61,775 bases of DNA. Origin: Hydrolagus affinis (Eukaryota). This document shows positions 47,101 through 58,800 of the stretch, piece by piece (positions within the stretch are counted from its first letter, which is position 1; each line of letters starts with the position of its first letter). The notes under the pieces were generated by a model that made no database searches, was not told the origin of the DNA, and worked only from the letters and a program-made list of their open reading frames with translations. Location of the stretch: assembly GCA_012026655.1 (NCBI GenBank), contig JAAILG010001801.1:1-61775 (forward strand), read 5' to 3'. A program made the position numbers and the translations under genes.

Positions 47101-50100
47101 TACAATTCCCGCCAATTCTCAGTAATGTTTTATGACTATGGTCAGGTACAGCAATATATATTTTTTAAAAGGCTGTATTTTAAACCTTTCCAATAGATAA
47201 AATGCAACCTACAGTTTGCTGGCCAACTCTCACCTAAGGGAAACAATAGTGAAATTTTCCTGAATGTTCCTAGTCTCCTAATAAAATCGCTGCTTTGGTC
47301 TTTTCCATCAGCATTTCTAACCACTGGAATTATTTTATCAAACTTGAACAGGCTATAATTTTTAATTATACCCTTAAAAATCAATTGGAAAAAGCTAATC
47401 AATCAATCAATCAATCATTACATTTATATAACGCCTTTCACATCGAGAGGACGTCCCAAGGAGCTGTATAAGGTAGGGATCAGAGCAGGGGGGGAGGGGT
47501 CGGGGGAAGGAAAGTAGGATAATTGACTGTATGTTTGTGGGCGAAACGCAGCAGCCAAATTGCGCACAGCAGTGTCTCATGTTTCACGCCAATTAAATTT
47601 ATATTAGAATCTTTAACATGTAAAGAGAAGACTGAAGAAGAGTATTATACTCAGTTTCTTTCACATTTAATATATAGAGATTAAATACCTTTGATTGGTT
47701 TGCTAAATTGTGCTTATTCACTAAATTACTCATTTGATTCATTCATTTTGTTTCTCCAAGAAGCATGTACAATTGAAATATATTGTTATAAACTTCTCAT
47801 CCAGTTTGGAATGAACACTCACCTGCAAATCAGCAATAGTTTTCCCAAAAATCTTTCTCTTGTTTCACATACTTTCTGGTCTCTTCAAACATGAATTCAC
47901 AGGTGGCAATCGCCATGTCTGCTACTATTAACCGTTCCTGTCGGGTTACATGGGATATTAGAGATGAGATCAACAAATTACCATAGAATGTACTGTATAA
48001 ATTAGTCAGATTTAGCTGGGTCTTTATAGGCTGTTTGATATATTTGTGCAGGGGAGAGTAAATAATAATAATAACTCCTTGCATTTGATATTGGGCTTTC
48101 AAGTCTTCTAGACATCTCAAAGTGCTTTATAGTATATTAGGTAAAATGAATTGACTATATATTTGTGGGTGAAACACAGCAGCCAATTGCACACAGCAGT
48201 GTCCTACAAACTGTCGTGGATTGAGTGACCAATTTATTATTGATTGTTTTCTTGAGGGATTATTATCAGGCGTGTGATAAAGGTTTTGTCCAAGATTTTG
48301 CCCTGCCAAGAATTGAACCCAGGTCTCTCGCTTGTGGGGCGAGTGCTCTAACCACTGAGCTACAGGACTGAAATGAAGACAGCAAGATTGTTTCAGGTTT
48401 GACTGAGATTGATAAACAGTAGGTTGTGTCATAATGTGATAAGGACAGTGAATCCACCAATCTGTAGCATTGCTTTTATTTAACGACAACAACAAAATTA
48501 CACTTATAGAGCGCCTTTCATGTCAGGAGGACTTCCCAAGGCGCTTAACAGGGTTTCAAAGGTTTTCCAGTACATTATTGCTCTTTCAAGCTTCAGCAGA
48601 AACATGATTGGTCAAATTGGCCTTCTGTGCTGTAAGTTTCTATAGTTTTATCATGAATATAACATTTCTTTTCTAAACATTTATTTCTTGTTCCTAGCAT
48701 ACTATTTTCTACTATTAGTGACGGTAGTGGAAGTAACTATTGCAAGTATTTGTCCCAAACATTAAATCAAGTCAAATGGTTTTGTCAAAATCAAGTGAAA
48801 ATCCCAAGTCAAACATTAAATCAAAATGTGGGTGGGCAGGCGAAAGTTTTTTAAAAAAAAATGTGAAGTACTTTTCTTTCCATCCCCGTAAAATCCAGGA
48901 CAATATACTGTCTCTGATATTGAAAAAAAACATCAGTTCCCATTCATAGTTAATTGGAGAACTGGCAATGTTAGCATACAAATACTGTACTTAAATCAGC
49001 ACTTAACAGCAGCCCACAATGGCACCCTTCACAATGCATGTTCCTGAGTCTGACGCCATCCAGTAAAGCATACATTTTGTGTACTCAAGGTACTGAATTG
49101 CTATTATACTGTTCCTTCTGGAAAACGGTCTATGATTAAGATGCCAAATTCAGTGCGTTTTGGCATTAATATCGCATTCTGTGCGAATCAATCATTGCCG
49201 TCTATTTTAACACAGAGGTGATTTGGGAAATATGGAAGGTTAAGTAGGTTTACTCATTCAATGGAGACTGTAGTTTGAGATATACTTATTAATTTAAACA
49301 ATATGCAGCTGGTACCTGAGGAAGTTCAGTCATTAGATAGTAGAATCCTTTATTAGCTCGTCCCAGTAGAGCATTAGCTGGGAGACGAACATCTTCAAAG
49401 AAAAGCTCAGCTGTATCCTTTACATTCAAAAAGCACAAGAGAGGTTTGTTAGTCTGCACTGTCTACAATAATTTATAGCTCCTTTTATTGATATTCACTG
49501 AAGTAATGGAAAAGATAAAGGTCACTGCTTACGCACAGTGCTCAAACAGACACACGGAATGAAAAGGAACGCTTTCACTCACAAAAAAATCACAATAACA
49601 AAAGGCACAAAGTAAAAGAGATTTCATAATCAGTAGTTCGTGAAACATTCAATAATTTTTTTTACATATGCACAGTAAAACTCAAACATTAACTGACTGG
49701 AAAATTAAGTACAAATTTCTACAACACTATAGACTGAATGAAACTCCATTATAAGTGTCAATTCACGATCCCAAAATTTATGTTAAAATAAAATTTTAAA
49801 ACATAGTACCGTTTATGCACCAAAATAACTTATGATAGATATAATATCAAAATAATACTTTGATGATGAATATTTGTACATGAACTAATAGCCTCTTCAC
49901 ATAAAAGTTCAAATACAGCAATAAACAGATTCATATTTAAAGGCTTTGTACAATCAGTCCTAAACACTGTTTTTGACCCTAAAGCAAAATCAATGTCATC
50001 AAACAGTTTGACAACCCATTATTTTATAACTTCCATTAACTACCCACAAGTGGGGAAAAAAAACTTCAACTGAAATAGAAGTCACCCTCTCCCGAGCCTG

Positions 50101-53100
50101 CCCCAGTGCAGGCAGCACATGGTGCTGAACAATAACTTAACAAGGATGCTCAGAAAGGCTTCCATAAAATACTGTAGAGGGAAAGTAACTCAATTCCAAG
50201 TTCAGAATGTAAAAGGGACATTCACTGCAGGAGTTTCTCATTTGTAAGTATTTCTTTGAGATGGAGAGTACAAAGGCTGACTGCAAATATTTAGCAGATT
50301 AAAACAGAGGCAGCATCTTACCCATTGCCATCGATTAAGATTCCATTTGGGATCTCAGTGATCAATGTAGGTTGTGATGAACTCAACTGAGGAACTCTAA
50401 AACACAAATTTTACTAAATCTACAAAGGAAACGATGTGAATCCAGGTATCTGGGCCAGTTGCTCAGTTTATTACAATAACAACAAAAAACAAATTACATT
50501 TGTATAGTGCTCTTCATGTCAAGAGGACGTCCCAAGGCACTGGACAGTCAATGATTTACAACATACTTAGTGAGCTTTTGCAATTAGTTTTTACATAAGG
50601 AATGTCGTGAAAATATTGCCCAGGTTATTATCTTAACTAATTGGTTCGCTAGACCAGAAACAGATTGCATTTGTTTGCTTCTCGGTCTTCCCTTTGGCAG
50701 TTTCATCCACCAATAAAGTTTTTTTTAAAAAGTAAATATACTCATTATTTTTTAATCAAGTGTTCTGCATTATCTCTTCCAAAGTGAACATGACATTTGT
50801 AACTTCTTGAGTGGCACGCATCTGTGTTTAATACATGGCAAAGCATTTATTTACATGCTAGGAAATGAAACGCTTCTTAAATTTGGGTAATTAGTGCCAG
50901 CATGAAGCACAGTCAGGTCAGTAATACCCCCAACAGCATACCTCAACCCAACTTTGGAAGAGCATCTCACATATTCTAGTGTGACGTTTTAATATTTTCC
51001 ACACTAGCCATCCAATTTTGGGCTGAATCAATAGTATTTTTGTGAACTGCACCCATGGAAACTGCTAGGTTCAGGCGGCTAAAATAATTTTCCGTGATTA
51101 AAACTACCAGGGAGAGAAGAATTCTATTCAACAATCGATCCAATCAATATCCATAATTACATTTATCTAGCGCCTTTCACGTCGGGAGGACGTCTCAAGG
51201 CGCTGAACAGTCGGGTAGGGATTAGAGCGGGGAGGAGGGGTCGGGGGAAAGAGAGTAGGAAAATTGACTGTATATTTGTGGGGCGAAACGCGACAGCCAA
51301 ATTGCACACAGATCCAAGGTGAATTTTAACCGAAGACTCAAAAGTGAAGCAGCAGTGTTTAACCAACTGCAGTAATCAATCCCTCCTGACCTAGATTTCT
51401 TTAGCAGGTAATACTTCACAGCTGTGTAGCACTGGAAGTAAATGTACCGTGCCTGTAGCAGATGCAATAGATTTTTAGCAAAATTATCAAATTACGAATG
51501 TTGTAACTAACAGAAGGAGGCATCCTGAACATGCACCGTGTATCAGCAGCGAGGTCGCAACTGGCAAGAGTCACCGTGTTTCAACCACGGTATATATTTT
51601 TTTAAATGCAAACTTTTCCTCAGGTTCCATTACAAAATCCCAAAGGCAAGTGTTTACGTGCCAGCGCATCCTGAAACATTCATTCCATCTTGCCATTTTT
51701 CCCTCCCTGTAGTTGCTCCAGCTTGGGCTTCTTCGCTGTATTTAATTACGGTATTCAAAATGAAAACCATCCCAAGAGACACACATTAGCCAGCATGCAG
51801 CGTTAAATAACAATGGCCATGTTAAATAGGCCATAAATTAGTTTATCTCAATCGAGCATGGTACTTTGCAAGTCACACCTGAGACTTTTTTTTATATATA
51901 CACTGGGAAACCAAGCAATAACAAAGGAAGAAGGCAAGCAGAAAGAATGGTTTTTCGTGCGTGAAAATCTTACGCACGAGAATCCTATCGACCCAACACA
52001 GCAGCAAACAGTTATCGGGATTCAACAAATTATTCTGTTCAAGTAAATCACCTGAAATCGTCAGTAAGAAAAAAAACCATCTATTGAAGTTCCAACAAAA
52101 TCCAGACCAACCTGTGCCTTCAAACCAATCTTCTCCAGTTTTCGTCCTTTTATAAATCCCTTTGTGCCACTATCCACAAGAAAGAGGCTAATCCCGTGGG
52201 CTCGAGATCGTGCCTCACCATCCGTCACAGCAACAACAATTACCACATTGCTTAGCCATCCATTACTTATAAAAACCTACAACAAAAGAAATAACAATAA
52301 ACTGGTAGAGAGCCGTTAAACGATTCATTTCTATGGAACTTTTGCTTCCAGTTTATCTTAATTTCATTATAAGTGCAAGTCATGAGGTTAGGGTAACAAT
52401 GTCAAAATTCAGGTACAATTAACTCAGACATCCATCCTACTGGCCATTTGGGAGAATCTTCTTTGTGTAATATGCTAGCAATTTTAATTCTCTGTAAAAT
52501 CAAGAATAGAGAGGTGTGACATTTTTAGTTAAGAATGTACATGGTTATCCTAGACTCTCTTGGCAATTACTGCAGGAGTCAATGTTAAAATAAACTGCAT
52601 TTTAAATAATTGCATTTGATATTTTAATAAAAGAGTGTTTTGTGTTTTATCCAAATAATTCCATATCAATATCATCTAACATATCCATAAAACAAATATT
52701 CATTTTCACATCATTACGTTTGGCATGACTTTCAAATCTCTTCACGTTCTAGTCCCACCCTAACTCTACAATCCGTCTATACTCCTGTCTACACCCTCTG
52801 CTCCATTCACCCACTGATGTCTTCACTCTCTGAAACTTCTCTCCCAAATCACTTTGATTTGCACATTCAATGCCTGCCTTCGAAACCCTGTTAAAATCAA
52901 ATCTTTTTAACTTTGCCTTTGATCAACATTCTCACCCAGCGCCTTCCTGACCTGCTCTGTGATCCATATCCCCTTTGTTGAGTGCTTCGGGACTTGCAGT
53001 AGTATAAGTATTATCCTACATAAAAGGACAAAATCGCTGTTGTGTTCCAAATGGCTCTTTGTCAAGAGAACAACATTTTGCCACTTCCTTAAAGGGTTAA

Positions 53101-55791
53101 AACATTAGCTCTATTTAACAAATACTCCACTTCGCACATTGCTTACAAACAGAATTGTCTGCTCAGTGGTTGATATTTGAAACAACTTAGCTGCGGCTCA
53201 ATTCAATGGTAAAATTGTGATCAGTGACATTTTGCCCTGATTCTGTTTGCCAAGGGCACGGTAGAAAGATTCCAGCATGAAACTCCTCCTGGGAAAGACA
53301 AATTATACAGACAATAGGGCTACAAGCGGCTTCAATCCTCTTAACTTAATTGGTCCCACGTAGGTGTTCATTAACAGGTAAGCAGAATCAAAGCAAAATT
53401 TCACCTATGTAGCAACATTACAAACTAGATTGTTTCACAAAATACCATGGCTGATTGCAGTTCGGGATATTGAACAAAGCATTCAGTTTCAGAGGAATCT
53501 TCTACTGAAACTTGTGTTCTTTAGCTGGAACTAGAGTTTATGTGGGAAGCGCGGAGGTGCTTCTGCATCGTGGAGTCCTGTAGCTCAGTGGTTTAGAGCA
53601 CTCGCCTTACAAGCGTGAGACCTGTGTTCGAATCCAGGCAGGTCAGAGCGAAACCTTGGGCAAGTTTCCTTACTCCACACGCCCAATAATAATCCATCCC
53701 CAAAAAACCACAATGATAAAATTGGTCATTTCAATCCACGACTGTTTGTGGGGGAGACTGCTGTGTGCAATTGGCTGCCGCATTTCACCCACAAATCTAC
53801 AGTCAATTCACTTTACAGTATATTCTGTGAAGCGCTTTGAGACGTCGATAAAATGTGAAAAGGGCCATATCAAACGCAAGGATGGTTATTATTATTATCA
53901 TCATCACAGACTAGCAAGGTATGCAGCTCTTCAGATTATGTTCACTATCTCAGTCGGGTTGTCTGAGGAGGTGCTGAGCAAAAGTCTGGAATTTCTGTTG
54001 TTGGAAGGAAGAGAAAACTGGAGGATGATTCACCTCTGGTCACTCTTTTACATCTCTTAGCAACTGATTACATACTAGAATAGAGGCTGTGGGCTGCCTA
54101 TCTGGCTGGGAAATGATACGTGCCACAGCATAGTGTGGCTTAAAAAGAGATGTAGAAAAACTTTTAACACTGGGTGAGGGGAAAAAAAAATTCTATGGTT
54201 AGGATTCCTTGTACAGTACAAACATTCTGCAGGATAATTGAAATTTGATCAAAATGTAAATATCAAACAATTCCAATTTAGTACAGCCACTAGGCCCTGT
54301 AACTCTGAAACACTCTCGCTCAATTCCTCCGCCTTGCCCACTCCTTCCCAATTTTCAGATCACGCCTTATCACCTTCCTCTTCCAATGTTTCCTCTGCTG
54401 GGAGTCAGACTCCAGCTCTGTGCTCTTAAGACACTACCCTGCATGAAAGCCGCTGTATAATTGCATGTTGTTCTTCTTAAGTTCGTAAGGTACAAGATGC
54501 ATAAAACAGTTTCACTTTATGGACCACAGATCCGAGATAAGGTTTCCTAGGTCCCCAATTGTGAGGCTCAGGAGAATAATAATCCTTGCATTTGATATAG
54601 CGCCTTATCACATCTTTGAGACGCCTCAAAGCACTTCAAAGATTGTACTGTAAAGTTAATTGACTGTATATTTTGTGGGCGAACCATGGTAGCCAATTCC
54701 GCATAGCAGTTGTCCCACAAACAGTCGTGGATTGAGCAACTCAAAAAAAATGTGAAATAAAATGCCTCTGAAATCATTCCAGGGTATCTGTTGTTTCCTC
54801 TTACAAACATCGTGACATTCATGCTGACTCATTTTTATTTAGCATCCTTTCGTTCACCTCTAGCAGCAGTTGCTAAAATAGGCACTCATTGATGTGAGTT
54901 AACTTCCAGGCAGAAGGATTAAATATGTATTAGTTTAATCACTGTGAGTTTACCAAGAAGTAATCAACAACTGATTTCCAGAACGTGTCAGTATTCAGGT
55001 CATGTGAAAACTGCACAATGACATACTGATCATGAAATATCATTTAAAATACTTCAAATGGAGTCAACTATTAACGATACAGGATATTAATGTACTGGGT
55101 TTGTTGATAGAAACGAATAAAATCTTTGTTATTTTCTGATCGCTGCGTCCCTCTGGTCTACAGAAGGCGTTGCTTCATAACAACAATAAATTATATTTGT
55201 AGAGTGCCTTGGGAGGGTGGGCGTCACCCCCCCCCCACCAAGGTGCTGGACAGTCAGGAATCCGCATCTGAGCTGGTGGTTGAGATCAGGAGGGGTGGAG
55301 GGCAGGGAGGGTTGGAGGGGGAACCAAAGGCAGGGTGGACAATTCACAGGCAACCTATTGCATCAAGTTGAGTGATGAGAAAAACCCACATTGGCGATGA
55401 ATCTTATCTTGTGACTTAAAATGATTTCCTGCACAAAAACATTGCAAAACATGAGATGTGTAGAGGGTGCCAAAGCAACAGTGGAGTCTGCACTGTGTAT
55501 CATCACGTTGCTCTTGAGGTTTCTCATCATGTTAAATCAGGAACAACATCTCTGCAAAGTGTACAAGCTGATATGACAACCAAAGTAAAAGAAAAGAAAT
55601 GCTGCCTTTACTTTGCTGCCATTGAGAATCCAATCGCTCCCATCTTTTTTGGCATGTGTTCGTATTCCTTGCAAATCACTGGGGGGGAAAAAAAATGATA
55701 TTTAACGGTGGCAATTCAATACAGTTCACCAGTTAAACTGAGCGAGTGTGCAACCTGACAGATGCTCATTATTTGCGAACCTGGGTAATAC

Positions 55792-55823
<32 letters not shown>

Positions 55824-58800
55824 GTGCTTATATTTGGTAAATCACCTTTCTTGTCAGGAGGATGTCCCAAAGCTTCATAGGATATACTGTAAAGAACAAT
55901 GACGGATTTGTAGGTGAGATTTCCATGCTAATAGTATTAGACCATTTTTTAAATTCACCTTTGATGAGATTACTGAGCGAGGAGGAGAGGAGGGGTTTCA
56001 GGGCATTAATCAGAGGCACAATTAAACTAACAAGTGTTTTGAAGGCAGGGAGACAAAGCGCAAGGGATTTGGGGAGAGATTTTCAGAATGAGACATAAGT
56101 GGTCACCAGTGGTGTGAGAAACGAACAGTAGACCAGTCAGTCAGAAGCACAGAGAAGGGGCAAGAGAATAGGGCTAGAGGAGATTTCAATTGGAGGATAG
56201 GGCAAGATCATTAAGGGATTTGAAGGTAAGAAGCCTGGGAAGGATGTGAGTAATTTCTTATTCCAGGTCAGTAGATTATGACATAATCTCTATTACCATC
56301 ATTACTATGACTGAATGACTGGCAGAATCTATGGCTATTACTGTGGAGCTTACATACTGCTCAAGAAGTAAACATGGAGATGTAAGTTCACCCCCAAAAT
56401 ATACAGTCAATTTACCTTACAGTATATTCTGTGAAGTGCATTGAGACGTCTAGAAGACATGATAAAGCTGTGTATCAAATACAAAGATTCTTATTCATAA
56501 CCAGCTGTACCAACTACGCTTGCAACCAAAGGATCCAATATGGGATGTAAATTCACACACAAACAGACACACTTACTCATCCTTGAAAGGTTTGATTTTC
56601 GCTCAGTCGGCTCCGGCAGGCAACATGTCCCCCGTCCCACCATCAGCAGGGGGACCTTCAGCCACTCCCACCCCTCAACCTTTGGAATTCCATCTCCTAC
56701 AATCCCACCCCCTCGCCCCCTCCTTAGCCTCCTTCAAGTCCCGCCTCAAGACCCTCCTCTTCAACCGTGCCATCGGTCACCCGCCTTCCCTCCGCCATCC
56801 CCGATCCCGAACCAGGCTCGGATCCCAAACGCTGACTGTCCAGCGCCTTGGAACCTCCTCCCGACGTGAATGACTCTACACAAGCGGCCACCAGGTGTAA
56901 CTGCAGCATAAAACGTAAAACTGAAACAGTCAAAGCCCATTTATCCGTCATCCGATCAACCGTATCTTCCGTATAACCGGCATTGCAAAAAAATAAGGTC
57001 CGCATTCGATTAACCGGAATTTATCCGGAAAAATGTTTTTTTTGTTTGCGTTTTCAGCTGAATATCCGGCACGAGCTTCAACCGGCATTGGCCAGGTCCC
57101 GAGGGTGCCGGATAAACAGGCTTTTACTGTACATTGTAGGTTATAACTCATGAACGATAGAGAATACCTGAAAACACATATGCCTCACTCCTAGTTGCAA
57201 GACCTTTTCGTTGAGGTATAAACCATGTCTCTACATCAATCGGATATTGAGATCCTTCTTGAAGTGCACATAGATATAAGTATAGATATGAAATAAGAGC
57301 CAACAACAAAATTGCGCTTATATAGCGCCTTTCACGCGGACGTCCCAAAGCGCTGAGCGGTCAGGTTGGGACCCGAGCAGGGTGGGGGGGGTGGGGTCGG
57401 GGTAGGGGGAAGGAGAGGGGGCCGCCGCCGATGGTTGGGTAGTTAGGGCGGTCGACGCGGAGCAGGCCTGAATCTACTGAACGGATGGGACGGGCGGGCT
57501 GATAGGGAGACAGTAGGTCAGAGTGATAGGCGGGGGCAAGGCCGTGAATGGCCTTGAAAGTGAGGACAAGGATCTTGAATTGGATCCTCTGGGTGACGGG
57601 GAGCCAGTGGAGACGGGCGAGGGTGGGAGTGATGTGGTCGCGAAGCCTGGTACGGGAGAGAACACGAGCTGCAGAGTTCTGAATGATCTGCAGCCTGTGA
57701 AGGGAGGAGCTGGGGAGAGAGTTCCCATAGTCGAGCCTGGAAGTGATAAAGGCGTGGATGAGAGTTTCGGCGGCGTGGGGGGTGAGGTAGTGGCGAAGTC
57801 TGGCAAAGAGCCAACCCTTTAACACTCCAAACTTACTGCTTTCATGGGAAGGGCAAGGAACAAAGGTGGAGGGTGTAACTATAATAATCCTTGGATTTAA
57901 TAGTAGTTTTAAAGTTTCAAAGAACAAAGTCCACTTTCTCTCTTCCTGTGTTTGTGCTGCACTTCACAAGAGAAAGTGTTGATCATTTTAATTGTTCTCA
58001 CCTGCCAGCGTCAGGTTCTGTCATTGCAATGGCACCGATACATTTTCCAGCAGCCATCTGAGGAATATAACGCTCAATCTGCTCTTTAGAACCATAGTGT
58101 GTGATGTAAGGCATGACAATGTCTGAATGTAAACTGAAACCTGGCCCCGTACAGTTCACGTACATCCTGGAAGAAAGGGAAGGAAAGCAACATTAAATAC
58201 ATTGGCCAGACAATGCACAACACATTATAATTATATTATACATATTATTATCATTACATTATGCATTATACTTTCTCCATGGCTGTAGATTGTTCTATTT
58301 TGTGTTCAGGATTCTCACTCACAGTAGATTTTAGAAAAAAAAGTTTTATTTTCTCTCTTCCCTTTCCTTCTGCGCTTGTTCTCAACCCGAGATTTGGCTT
58401 ATCCACTGTTTCTTTTCAGTCCCTTCAAAGATTTCACAATTGCCCGAATGCAGTGATGTGCATTGAGACCATTTCCATGGGGAGGTGGGGTGGGGCAAAA
58501 CTTGGAACACCTATTTATGCTTGTTTTAAGTAGACTTGTGTCCCCATCAAGAAGAACAAAAGTAGCTGGGAACACTCAGCATCTATGGGGAATGGAAAGT
58601 GAGTGAATGTTTCGGGCCTACGAGCCTTCGTCAGACAAAGGGTCCATCTGACGAAGAATCAAATACAATGAAAATGGGGATACAAATACATCCTGCCACT
58701 CTTAGCGGCAAGCAATTTACAGTAACTACAACTCTGGTACATTTGGAGCAGTTACTAAGCGATTTTTTTCCCCATTTGTTGGAAACCGTTAAATGAATGC

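Noticed and set aside
53572-53645. tRNA gene (Val/Ala-like) at the SINE heads (also 43094, 42447, 48368, 59854)
   Set aside because: No acceptor stem; the anticodon varies between copies (TAC, TGC, CAC); always continues into the SINE body
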